From positions 49,600,001-49,664,000 of the forward strand of contig OX597815.1 of the NCBI GenBank assembly GCA_951406725.2: a DNA stretch of 64,000 bases. Direction: 5' to 3'. The position numbers and the translations under genes were made by a program. Numbering within the stretch: position 1 is the first letter of the stretch; every line of letters starts with the position of its first letter. Source of the DNA: Octopus vulgaris. Its lineage: Eukaryota. A model generated the notes under the pieces. The model was not told the origin of the DNA and did no database searches. It was given only the letters and a program-made list of their open reading frames with translations. Below are positions 40,820 to 53,702 of this stretch, in pieces.

Positions 40820-41325
40820 GGGCATATGGCATAGTAGTTAAGAGAGTGGGCTACTAACCCCAAGATTCCGAGTTCGATTCCAGGCAGTGACCTAAATAAT
40901 AATAATAATAATAATGATAATAATAATAATAATAACAATAATAATAATAATAATAATGTTCCTTCGCAGAATACTTTCCATACAATAACCATCAGAGCAT
41001 CACAACAAATCACAACACATACCCAAGGCACACAGAGCTGTGCTCGGTAGTGAAAGCACGATATAAAAATAAGTGAAAGCACGATATAAAAAATATACTA
41101 CTGAATAATAATAATAATAATAATTATAATAATAATAACATTGAAAAGTACCTTAGGAATGAGAACCCAGGATCGAAATTTCCCCAAGACACCTGATGAA
41201 GGCTGGAGGGTATATCAACCAAAACACTGTGTTAACAACAAGCAAGATGAGGACAAATATCTGTCAGATATAAATAATGTAAATAATGTGCATAATTCCT
41301 CATCTCTTAAATACAAAACTGCATA
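40820..41325 (+). mobile_element. Composite SINE G: tRNA-like head, (AAT)n linker, hammerhead-like tail
   Basis: A-box TGGCATAGTAG, anticodon-like arm GGG-CTACTAA-CCC, B-box GAGTTCGATTCC (40820-40893); tail 41139-41325 homologous to 15948-16095. Confidence 0.6.
40959..41103 (+). mobile_element. Extreme 3' end of a second R4/Dong-like element within (AAT)n
   Basis: TTC CTT CGC AGA ATA CTT TCC ATA CAA TAA = FLRRILSIQ*, resembling the R4/Dong C-terminal ILR(R/K)xL*; short UTR; (AAT)n on both sides. Confidence 0.5.
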
Positions 41326-41329
41326 AATG

Positions 41330-41690
41330 TTCAGAATTCAAATTTTGCAGATATCAATTTTTGCCTTTCATATTTTTGGGGTCGATAAAATAAGAGCCAG
41401 TTGAGCAGTGGGGGGCGATGTAATTGACTTTCTCTTTCCCTGAAATTGCTGCCCTTGTGACAAAAGTTGAAGCCAATATTTATAGATCTCTATACAGCAG
41501 TGAGTTGGCAGGATTGTTATCATACAAGGCATGCTCTGAGTTCAAATTCTGCCGGGGTTGATTTTACCATTCATCCTTTTGTGGTCGATACAATAAGTAC
41601 CAGTAGACTACTGGAGTTGATGTAATTGACTTATGCCCCCACACCCCAAAGTTTCTGGCCTTGTGCCAAAAAACATTTGAAATTAATATT
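41330..41690 (+). mobile_element. Two tandem SINE C copies
   Basis: Family motifs; ATTTATAGATCTCTAT occurs after both copies. Confidence 0.75.
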
Positions 41691-41764
41691 TATAGATCTC
41701 TATTATATGCTAGGCTTGAAAAAAATATCAATGATTAAAAATACGCAAACACACACACACACAT

Positions 41765-42132
41765 GCTTTCCAGTCACATGGTTCTGAGTTCACTCCCACT
41801 ATGTGAGTGTTTTTGATACATAGAAACTGAAAGAAACACATCATATATACATACATGTGTGTGTGTGTGTAGGCGTAGGTGTGTATGTGTGTATGTATAT
41901 GTACATGTGTGTCTTGGTGTTTGTCCTCCATCATAGCTTGACAACCAGTATTGGTTTGTTTATGTCACAGTAACTTAATGTTTAAACACCAGACTGTAAA
42001 AAAATAATACTGGAGTTGATTTGTACAACTTCAACCCATTAAGGCAACATCCCAGCAATGACTGCAATCCAATGACTAATCAAACAAACAGACAGACAGA
42101 CACATAAATATATTCATACATACATTTATGTA

Positions 42133-42192
<60 letters not shown>

Positions 42193-42398
42193 TATATATA
42201 TTCTTTTATTCTCTTTTCTTTTATTTGTATCAGTCATTTGACTGCAGCCATTCTGGAGCACCTTCTTTAGTCAAACAAATCATTCCCAGGACTTATTCTT
42301 TGTAAGCCTAGTACTTATTTTATCAATTGCATTTGCTGAACTGCTGATGGGGGGACAAACACAGACACAGTACTAAATACATATATACGTATATATAC

Positions 42399-42429
<31 letters not shown>

Positions 42430-42633
42430 AAGAGAGAGAGATAGGTAGATAGATATATGTATATATACACGATGGGCTTCTTTCAGGTTCCATCTACTAA
42501 ATCCACTCACAAGGTTTTGGTCAGCCCAAGGCTATAGCAAAAGACACTTGCCTAAGTTTCCATGCAGTGGGACTGAACCTGGAACTATGTGGTTGGGAAG
42601 CAAACTTCTTCCCACACATCCAATCCTGCACCT
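41765..42633. mobile_element. Two SINE A copies tail to tail (plus 41765-42076; minus 42207-42633)
   Basis: Family motifs in opposite orientations. Confidence 0.75.
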
Positions 42634-44530
42634 ACATAGCCACTCTTACACCTATGTATATGTATTATTTTAGAATATACATACCATATAACTTTATGCT
42701 ATATTTCATATAAATAACATGTACAAGAACAAACACGCATGCACACTTTTACAAATTTCCATAGACCCTACACATTCACTTGTCTTTTGTCATAGTCCTA
42801 AATGTTGTACACTTAGGAGACAGTGTTGCTGTATTGATGAATGCTCACTTAAAACTATGTGCACACATCTCTCATCTTGCAGCAGTAGGAGTCAAGTGTT
42901 ACTATATTTCAGCCATGTTTGATAAAGTTATCTCTTGGCATTGACAAGCTGCAAGCCAGAGGTTTGTGTTATGTCTGCAACCAGGACTAAATGCTTGTGA
43001 ACATGTGTGGAAGAGAGGGAGAATGATAGAAGAAATATAGTAGAAGCAGTATATATATACATATATGTGAGATGATAGAGAGAGACGGTTGGGAGGAGAG
43101 AGAAGTGGGTAACGCAAACAACAGCTCTGTATCTACCGACAATTCAAGTGAGTGAATGCACATGTACAATCTTAATCATTGCCGTCTTCAACAAGGGAGA
43201 TGTGTCATGAGGCCAATAAAAATGACCTCTACATTGGTTTTACCACTTGTATAATGCGCCAAGTGCTCACTGCGATTCAGAAAACAAATGAATCACTGTC
43301 AGTTATCATGAAAGATAAGTCTTTCTACTAGCTGAAGTCTGTCTTTCCAAGTGGTGCTAGGTTACCAATGTATTGATAATCTACACAAATTCATATTTTT
43401 CACACAGATACTTACATAAATTGGCTTATAAATAAAAACAAATCCTGTAACATATCTTTCTTGACTTCCTATGTCCTGTTTAGGATTGAAGCAGTAATGA
43501 CCAATTTATATTGGACATGTTTTCAGGAGACTGTTTCCTAACCTTTCAAAGAAGCATTTTGTTTCAATCCCAGAATTCATTGCTTCCACTTTTCCTTTTT
43601 CACATTCTGTTATAGAGAAATCAATGTAGCTTGATTGTTATATTGCAGCAGATTATTCCTAATGGATAATAATAATTTATACAGTCAATTTGTCCAACGT
43701 TCAATAGCTGATGGCTGGAGGCAGTTGATCACTGACTCATGGTTTAAAGTTCAAACTCTGTCGTTGGTACATATGTCATGCCTAATTCAACCCTGATGAA
43801 AAATAGGCACCACATCCTACCTTATGTTTAAAAGTTTATCCATATTAAAAGTCCCCAATTCATATGATACAAGTATACAAAAAATAGTACATGAAAATAA
43901 AAGAAAAAACTATGGAAATTATGTCATTTATGATATCCCTAGTTTGATTATGTTAATCAAATTTCTGTCTGCTTCATATGATATTGCACAGAGTATATTA
44001 AAAAATGAAGGCATGCATATTACATAACCATTTCTATAAAATCACGACCCAGATATACATTGGCTGCAATTTTTATTTCCCTGTCCTTTTTTTAAGTGCT
44101 TTATATCACTCAGGTCGCCATTCTGCAGCTATATAACTATGTTCATTAGTTTGTCAGTAGCTGCCACTGCAATTTTACACTGATATATTATATCACTGCC
44201 ATAAAAAAAACCACTCCTTATGGTATGTGTTATGGGAGAATCCTGAATACTCCCACGTGACTGAAGGTGGACTAACCGATTACAATAAATAAGAAGTGAA
44301 TGAACTGCCAAGGAAGTCGGAAATGGCTGTTAGTTCAACTTCAAACTTGGCATGAAGGAAGGAAAGACTATTTGGTTTCTCAAGAAGTTTTTTTTGCCTT
44401 AACTTCGTTTAACAAAACCAAAAATTTTATTGAAATAAAGACATGCTTAATTATTTTTTAATGAAAAGAAAACACTGACTGCTTTTTATTCAGCACTGTC
44501 CATTGGACGGGGTGGGGGCGTTTTGCTCGT

Positions 44531-44559
<29 letters not shown>

Positions 44560-44563
<4 letters not shown>

Positions 44564-44710
44564 GCTGAAATTTATGGAAAGACAAAAGATGAAGACCGGT
44601 GTATGAGCAACAAGCAGATGTATTAGTTTGATGCTCAGGAAAATGAAAATGTCTTTTACGTTTTGAGCCTATGCTCTTCAACGGAAAAGAATAAGAGAAA
44701 ATAAACAGAG
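44560..44710 (-). mobile_element. Penelope-like terminal repeat fragment, second copy
   Basis: Reverse strand CTTTT-CCGTTGA-A-GAGC-ATAG-GCTC-AAAACGTA-AAAGAC; homologous to 21560-21720. Confidence 0.5.
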
Positions 44711-44814
44711 AGCGAATGAAAAAAAAAAACTTGTAGATTTAGTAGTCAAGCATAGAGAATGATTAGAAAAATGTTTGTAAGAAGAGGTTGAAAGAAACGG
44801 AGATAATAAAGTAC

Positions 44815-45115
44815 TATGTCTGTTATGATGACAGCACTTTGCGGTTCCAGTTGATCTGATCAACAGCAAGGCCTGCAAATGGCTGAGCACTCCAGAGATA
44901 CACACACCTTAATGTAGTTCTTAGGGAGATACAGTGTGACACAGGATGTGACAAGGTTGGCTCTTTGAATTACTAGTACAACCAATTTTTGCCAGCTGAG
45001 TAGACTGGAGTAACTTGAAATAAAGTACCTTACTCATGGACATAAAGTGCTGCCAGGAATTGAACCCACAACCTGACAATCATAAGTCAAATACCCTAAC
45101 CATTAAGCAATGCTT
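44815..45115 (-). mobile_element. SINE family E
   Basis: As 14875-15190. Confidence 0.75.
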
Positions 45116-45572
45116 ATATACATACAGAGGCACACACACATACACACACACACACAAACACACACACACTACTCCTCTTTCTTTACGTAAAACAATAAAG
45201 TATGACATGGTAAAATTATCAAAAGGGAACAACAATCGTATGATAGTAATCTTAAATTAGATTTCATGCTTATACAATTTAGCACAATAATAAAGTGACA
45301 AATTTAATCTTTCGGGTGGTTTGATGTTCTGTTTGAATGACAAAATTCATCAATATGGGCAATAGGTATGGCAAAGCTTTGTGAAATGAATCCACTATTG
45401 CCGTTACTTAAAGAGTCTTTCTCTTGGGAAATACTATTGTCATGGAATGAAGAATGAGAGTAAGGTATGTTACTGAAGCTTGGAATCGAGAAGTTTGATT
45501 CAGTAATTGGTAAGTGTGTTGATTTCAGTAGCTGGTTCCTCTGTAAGTCTGTCTGTCTGTCCGTCTCTCTAC

Positions 45573-45604
<32 letters not shown>

Positions 45605-45861
45605 TGTGTATACATACACACACATACTTGTTACATTTAGACACATTGACTCAGTACCTTCTTTGATTTATAAGTACCTGACATTCAAAGAAATCTTGGT
45701 GAAGGCACTGTAATGATTATAGTGGTGTAGAAAGGCATGTATGATATAATCAATTACTAAAGCAGCAAACAGTTGCCACTCTTTATGTTATCATTGGCAG
45801 ACTGACCCTCCCAAAGTAATATAACAGAGAATGTACACACACGCACACACATATATATAAA

Positions 45862-46557
45862 ATTATAATTTAGGGTATCTAAGAAATACCTCCACGCTGG
45901 ATATAGCAGCCAAAACCTGACTCTAAAACCACATCAAATGTTCATACAGCTCCAGGAGAGAAGACAAAAATACAAAATAAATTAGCAAAAAATTACTGGA
46001 TAATTTCACATCCCGGATTTCTGGTTTTGTATAAGAAAAGCTTTGCCTCATCAGTGGAATATATGCAGAAAGTAACATAAATACACATATATATACATAT
46101 AATATATGAATACTTACATATATAATAGAAATATGTTACAAAAAAGAAAATAGAAACTACACGTGGAAATGTAAGGAGAAAGTAAGAAGAAAAATAAGCA
46201 AAAAGCACATTGGAAATCAAAACAAGTAAAGGCTTTTTATGAAAAGTAACAATAGATATATATAATTAGATGAACTGAAGTAGGAATAAAAGTAATAAAA
46301 GTCATTATTGTGAATTGTTAAAGAGATTCAAAAGCATACTGGTTTCGTGAATTTACTAATCATTGCTTTGAATGCACACTGATTAATGAACGGTGTCAGG
46401 TATACTAGTCCCTGAGTAAAATGATTATGTATAAGGGAGGTAAGTAGTTCTGGATTTGGTGCAATTAGGGTAGATATAGATCTATAATGTGAATGGTGTA
46501 TGGGATGTATGGAGGTTAGTGGTATTAATTGAAAGGTTAGTAGTGTTCTGTATTATG
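45862..46557 (-). mobile_element. Probable 3' region or pseudo-LTR of the Penelope-like element
   Basis: Directly downstream of the GIY-YIG stop; T-rich on the element strand; reverse-strand CTGATGAGG near 46050 and a hairpin followed by CGAAACCAGTA near 46337-46400. Confidence 0.45.
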
Positions 46558-46807
46558 TTATGTGTTCATATTGAGTTGGGGAAGATATTTATTGATGAAA
46601 GATGCCTTTTTATTCATTCTTTGTTGTACTGAGGAGTTCTGTGAACATTGATCAAATGGGGAAAATTAGGAAATTAGGATTAAGATTCCTAGCACACCTT
46701 TCTATGTGTTCACTAACCTGTATCTGTCTGTATTGTTGGTGGTGGATTTGTTCTTTGTGGAGAGTAGTTCTTTGATGGAGTGATATTCCTCTTTGGCCAA
46801 TATAATT
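46558..46807 (-). pseudogene. Penelope-like element GIY-YIG endonuclease, C-terminal fragment
   Basis: Translates to NYIGQRGISLHQRTTLHKEQIHHQQYRQIQVSEHIERCARNLNPNFLIFP...QRMNKKASFINKYLPQLNMNT*, showing the YIG, R...H, H..C and FI...P.LN hallmarks. Confidence 0.8.
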
Positions 46808-49050
46808 AAATTGGCGAAACAGGAATATCACAATATAATTTTATTGGCCAGAATGAGAATTATTAGAGTGCTTCTAGACCTCCACACAGCAATGAAAAGT
46901 GTCAATTTTAAACATACCAAGATAGAAGATATCTCCCATATCAACAGCAACATTCAAAATTATTCACAAGATAGTACCGTCATTTGAGACATGACACTGT
47001 CAATATAGCAGTCTACAATGCAGGAAGGACTGTCCTGACAGCCATAACTAAAGGCACACCAGAAGCAGAAAATATCCATAATTTTAAGAATAAAGAACAC
47101 TAGTAGAACATTCCAATGAAAACAACAATTTAATGTTAGCACAATAGGCCGGTCATTGCTGTAACTGGTCAGGGGACAGCTTAGTGGATGTGAACATCTC
47201 ATCAAAAATTTTTAAAAATGAAAACTTCTATGGTGAACCAATGAGAAACCAACAGTTCTTATATTCAGGTTATAGATTTTCATTTCTCCTTATTATCATA
47301 GGTTCACTGGACTATGTAACAACAGATCTGCATTAAAAAAAAACCTAAAAACACTGGAGTTCTCCAAAAAAGAACAAAGCAGGTTGATTTGCATTCTTCA
47401 AATACAATCTATGAGAGGTACAAAGAAAAATTTTAAATTTCAAAGATTCTGTGAGAGACTTCTAGGTACACAGGCACACAATCAATATATACATATGGAA
47501 TACACATGCATACACATACATAAATAGTAATGAGACAACCCCAGTTGTCTCAACACAAAACATTGTTTATTGTCATCCAATCTGTGGACACAATTTGATT
47601 ATGTGATGTTAATTATTTAAGCTCATGTTAATTCATCTGGAGAAAAACACATAATGGACTCTACCAGGTGACATAGATATATATTGGCTCATTGTTGTGA
47701 ATTGGCTCTTTTTGCCTTAGCACACTTACTGTGGTACAAACAATTTACTTTGCATCAGGGGTAAACTGAAATTAGAATTCACCACTTCACACTTCAGTTT
47801 CAAATTGTTGTAATATTTAGTTCGTTCGTTTTGTAAAGTTATATTCTGAGTACAATATTATTCATCTTACTTTATAACAAGTAATGAAGCATGCACACAG
47901 TTGTGTACTAACATATGTTCACCAACTACTTGAGTATAGGTTTATCCACATGCACTCACATACACAGCACACTTATACTTATATGCATACCTCATTCAAT
48001 TCAGATAGCTACAAACCACAAGAGCTAGCATGACTTGATTAAAAGAGGCTCATTGTTTTCTTAGGGACCAGTCTGAATTCTACAGAAGAGAAAAAAAATT
48101 TAATAAATCCCAAAGTAGCATATATCTCACTTATTTGCCAACATGGGAAATGGACATTAATTTATGATGATGATGTGTTAGGTCTTGTTTCCAAGTTGGT
48201 GTGAGTTAGAAAAGTTGTATAGATTTTCTTTATTTGGTGACTTGTTTGCAGAAGTAATCCTGTCTTGGTTCTAAGTGAATTTGTTCACAGTTCATGAGTT
48301 GTTTACAGATTCACTTCAAGGAAAAAACTGATGAAGTCAATATGTATATATAAGATTAGGCTGTCAGTTTAAAAAAAATTTAAATAAAATAATTAGGTCT
48401 AAATTCTATTTAATGACTTTATTGAGATTTTCATCATTAAATAATTAAAACAATAAGCTCAAGTTTTTATTAAAATTTTGAGGAAACACTAATTTCTTTT
48501 ATAAGTTGATTTACATTTAAACTGACTGAAAGCAGATTTCAAAAATTTCTGCTGTTGGCTAACTTAGATAGGCCATTATAATTTTCTTTCCCATTCTTTC
48601 TATACTATCCCCTGAAGAAGCTTCAATTAAATTTTAACCATGAAAGTTTTTCTTCATAAGAAAAAAACAGATATCTATCAGGAGTTATAAAACATAATCT
48701 CATACACTCATATATATGTATAGAAAGCATAAATAATAACATGCATGCATGTACAGACACACACAACCAAATGCACATATAATCACCAGTCAAAGACCAA
48801 TTTTCTAGGTTGGCTGGCAAGGGATGTGTAGGTCTGCCACAGATAATAGAATTTACCCTTCAACATGTAAATTAGTAGCTGAAAACCTGGTTGATCTATG
48901 TGAGCATGGAGAACACATGGTAAAATGATGAGGTGGAGGTGGAGGGAAAGGAGGAGTTTTTATGTACACACACACACTTATCTATTGATATATATATATA
49001 TATTTATGCATGTATATATGTATGCACATATATGTATGTGTGTGCATGTA

Positions 49051-49091
<41 letters not shown>

Positions 49092-50264
49092 ATATATGTG
49101 TGTATATGTACGTGTGTGTGTGTGTAACTTGTCCAGTTCTCATCAACAAAGTATTTATCAGGTGATTAAAATTCATTACAGCTTAGTCTTGCTTTACAGT
49201 CAACTTGCAGATCTGTTCATAAAGAAAGATTTATTTAATTCCATATACACTGCACATGGAGGTTTGTAGGGTGAGGATTACAGTGATAGATCAGTAGATA
49301 CATTCCAGTGGGGTAACAAAATGGCTTTCTTTCTCAAGGGATCAATGCTCTGGAGAGGTGGGGTGTTGGTGGATTTCTATAACATACTTGTAGTTAATAC
49401 TGATTTGTTTATGATAGGGTAAATCTTCTGAAATGGCTGTGATTTTCAGTTCTGATTAAACACTGCCAATTCTTTGGTTTAGACCTGATGTTATAGAATT
49501 TTCTATTATGTCAAAGAGCAAAGTTGTTTTTTTTATATTTTCATTTTTGGCAACTTGCCCAGTTTTCATTAGACATATTACAGATAGACTCAATGATTAA
49601 ATGCAGCCAGATAAGATTGATTAGCCATGATTGTATTCTCATTTATAGATATTTTGGGTTGCAAATTTGATACAGTGGATAAAATGGAACGATCTGGTTT
49701 ATTGATGTAGTGAAGATAATGGTAGAGAGAAGAGCGAGAGACAAATAACAACACACACATATATAAATAAATATATATATATATACATATATACACACAC
49801 ACACACATATATATATATGTCTTTCATAACAGATTTCTAATATTTGCTATATAAATGATAAAATAGTCTTATATTTGTTATGAGTGTGTGGTTCATCATT
49901 CTACAAGCCATTATTAAAATAAACAGAGAGAGAGAAGAGGGGAGAGAGAACTATAATCCTTTGGCTGAGCAGATTATGTAAAGTGTGGGGATAATTTAAC
50001 TAAGAATGATGGTCCTTTAGCTGATCTGATTATATAAAATATGAGATAGTTTAACTAAAAATTTTTATAATATTGATTTCTTTAGAAGAAGCAAGCATAG
50101 ACCAGTTTTGCAGGGAAAGGCATAAACTCTTTGAATTAGCTTCAGTACTTTACTGGTACTTGATTTATTTATTCTAGAGAGACATCAGCCAATTAACCGC
50201 TTTTTAAATACAAATAATTTATTGATTGGAATCTATAATTAGTATCATGTTAACTATAGATAAT

Positions 50265-51375
50265 AATGATTTCAAATTTTTGTGCAAAGCCAGGAATTTC
50301 AGGGGAGTGGGTAAGTTGATTACATCAACCCCAGTCCTAAGCTCGTGCTTATTTTATCGACCCCAAAAGGATGGAAGACTAAGTCAACCTCAGTGGAATG
50401 TAAACTCAGAATTTAAAGATGGACAAAATGCCGCTAAGCATTTCTGTCTGTCATGGTAACAGTTCTGCCAGCATACCACTTTCCTAATAATTATAATAAT
50501 GATTTCAAATTTTGGCACAAGGCCAACATTTAAGTCAATTACATTGATCCTGGTGTTCATCTGGTACTTATTTTAGTGACCCTGAAAGGATGAGAGGCAA
50601 AGTTGACCCTTGTGGTATTTGATCTCAGACCATGAAGATGGATGACATGCAGCTAAGCATTTTCCCTGGCATGCTAGTAATTCTCCCTGCTTGCCTTTTT
50701 TGTCATAATGGTAAAATTAACCATGGTAAAGTGTTGAACAAAATACATTACTGTATTTTGTTGCGTCTCTTTATGTTTAGGTTCAAATACTGCTGCAGTC
50801 AACTATGCCATTCATCTTTCCTGGGCCAATAAAATAAAGTATCAGTCATGTACTAGGGATGTGCTATCACTGACTGTTCTGTCTCCATAAATTATTTTTG
50901 GTCTCATATCTATGTATGAAATCAATATTATTGCTATAAGGCAGTGAGCTGGCAAAATCGTTAGCATGCTGGCCAAAATGCTTACTAACATTTTGTCCAT
51001 CTTCATGTTCTGAGTTCAAATTCCACAAAGGTCCACTTTACCTTTAATCCTTACCGGGGTCAATAAAATAAGTACTAGTTGAACACATGGGTCAATGTAA
51101 TCAACCTACCCCCCCCCCCCCCAAATTTCTGGTCTTGCAATATTACCATTGCCATCTCAGGTGGTGAGCTGACAGAATCACTAGCATACCAGACAAAATT
51201 CTTAGTCACATTTTGCCTGTCTCTACATTCTCAGTTCAAATTCTACCAGTGTCAACTTAGCTCTTCATCGTTTTGGGAGTCAATAAAATAAGTATTAGCT
51301 GAGTACTGGGTTTTGATATAATTCACTTATTCCTTGTCATGAACTTACTGGCCCTGTGCCAAAATTTGAAATGAA
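50265..51375. mobile_element. Cluster of five SINE C copies (two minus, then three plus)
   Basis: Minus copies ~50265-50480 and 50498-50695; plus copies ~50740-50920, 50939-51135 and 51160-51375. Confidence 0.75.
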
Positions 51376-51476
51376 TATCACCATTGTCATCATGTATGTA
51401 TTCAGTTGTTACAGTAGTTCCCAACTCTTTTATCTAGATGAATTTTCCCATGGACCCCTTTTAATATGCTTATCTT

Positions 51477-51521
<45 letters not shown>

Positions 51522-51802
51522 CAACACTAGGTTCTGAGTTTAACGTTTAAAAAATTTCAGTTAACTGGTATTCTTCAATAAGATAAGTTATGATTTTATT
51601 TTTCATTAATATTGTTACATTTCATTTGATTACTTATTGTTATGATACGTATATTTCTATATTTATTTGTTAATTATTATATGTTAAGATACATGCATTT
51701 ATTTTATTATTTTAGACCTGAAGAGTGGCTACATTTTTAAATTAAATTAATTTTAAATTAATAATAAATCTCTGAACGAGATATAAACAGTAATCGCTCG
51801 AC

Positions 51803-51919
51803 AACGTAAGGTGTACCAGCCATCTGAATGTGGCTAGCCACTGGGGGTGGGGTAAAAGCATCAGTAACACCCCACCCCCAGTGGCTAGCCACATTCAGAT
51901 GGCTAGTACACCTTACGTT
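51803..51919. repeat. 51-bp inverted repeat, one mismatch, 15-bp spacer
   Basis: AACGTAAGGTGTACCAGCCATCTGAATGTGGCTAGCCACTGGGGGTGGGGT (51803-51853) against its complement at 51869-51919. Confidence 0.97.
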
Positions 51920-52683
51920 AATTTTAAATTGAATTAATTTTCATAGTCTCGATTTTATTATTATCGATTTAAAGATATAGTCATGAAACGCACGTGAAAA
52001 AGGGTCAATTTAATGTTTATTTAATTTAGTGATTTTTAAAATATCTTTCACTATCAATTGAATTACTTAATAGAGGTTATTTCTCTTAATTATATACATA
52101 CACACACACACACATATATAGTTCACAGACCCTCAATACTATTTTTGCGGACCCCAGGCTGGGAACCACTGAGTTGCTACCATAATGTCCCTGTCAAGAA
52201 ATTCTCTTATTACACTATCCTATATCATCATTGTCATTATAAGATTTATGCTAACATAAACATCATCATCCTTGTCATCCTCATTGTGCAAGCTGCTGCC
52301 ACCACTGTCCCCTCTACCACCCAAACTACCATCACTTCCCCCTCAATTACCACCTCCACCATCTTCTCACCACCATGACCATTATCATCACTTCATCACC
52401 ACTAACACCATCACTACAACAACTATCACTGTCACTATCACCCTTATCACCCCCATGATCATCATCATCATCCACACTACCACCAACACAATTATTGTCA
52501 TCATTGTTGTACTAATGACAGCTTATCCTTTGGGAGACTGATAGTCTAAATAATCTCCCTGCAGCCATACAAAGTCCTGAATGTCTTCTATTTATCCCAC
52601 TTATTTATATATGAACAATACAAAAGAGCTATTAATTTTTACCCAACACTCTCACATTACCAAATCAGAATGACTCCTTAAGG

Positions 52684-52754
<71 letters not shown>

Positions 52755-52921
52755 GTATATTCAATTTTACACTCCAATTAGAAGTAAGGAAATAGGTAAC
52801 CTGTATTGAAAATCTCGTGTTTTGTCAATATTGAGCATAATTAAGTGTTCTATAATATACTTAACAGAAGATATGGACAAGTTAAAGACAGTGCTTATAA
52901 AATATTTACATGAAGTAAATA

Positions 52922-53300
52922 TAGGTGAAGGCATGGCTGTGTGGTAAAAAGTTTGCTTTCCAACCACATGGTTCTGGGTTCAGACCCACAGTGTTGCTCC
53001 TTGGGCAAGTGTTTTTAGCCATAGCCTTGGGCCAACCAAAGCCTTGTGAGTGAATTAGGTACATGTAAAGTAAATGAAGCCCGTCATATATGTACATATA
53101 TACATATATATCTCTGTGTGTTTGTTCCCCACTACCACTTGACAACCAGTGCTGGTGTGTTTATGTCCTCATAACTTAACAGTTCAGCAAAGAAAACCAA
53201 TAGAATAAGTACTGGGATTGATTAATTCGACTAAAAATCCTTAAAGTTGGTACTCCAGCATGGCTATAGTCTAATGACTAAAACAAGTAAAATACAAAAG
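52922..53300 (+). mobile_element. SINE family A
   Basis: Family motifs. Confidence 0.8.
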
Positions 53301-53471
53301 ATACTATTTTTTTTCCATGCTTAGTCACAGAAAAAAGGGCCATAAACTCTTTTAACAAAGTGCATTTTGCTAATAACATTTAAGGACCAGGTGGTGGTGA
53401 TAAACTAGGTGACAGATTCCTCTAATCCACCATTCCAGTAAAAAACATAAGTACTATCTCAAGCCTAGCTG

Positions 53472-53702
53472 TCATAGGGCTGGTTACCCTGTTTCCATGG
53501 TATATAAGTAAACAAGATCACAGTGTTTCCATTGAATGGGACAAGTCCATCACAGGGTTACTCATTTACAATCAAATGGATTGAAGCAATGTAAAAGGAA
53601 ATGTGTTGCTCAAGAAAACAATGCATTGCCCAGTCCTGGAATCAAAATCAGGATCTTGCTATTGAGAGTGCAACAAGCTAATTACTAGGCCAGATGCCTT
53701 CA
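53472..53702 (-). mobile_element. tRNA-derived SINE with a V/Meta-domain-like core
   Basis: Reverse strand GAAGGCATCTGGCCTAGT...ATGAGTAACCCTGTGATGGACT; related to 58777-59010. Confidence 0.6.

Noticed and set aside
40820-40893. Possible tRNA gene (also the heads at 17704, 21775 and 58777)
   Set aside because: Acceptor and D/T stems do not pair properly, and each head continues into a repeat body, so these are SINE heads.
43250-43680. Possible Tc3-like transposase N-terminus on the minus strand (ITECEKGKVEAM...)
   Set aside because: Similarity is limited to about a dozen residues; no TIRs or catalytic motifs found.
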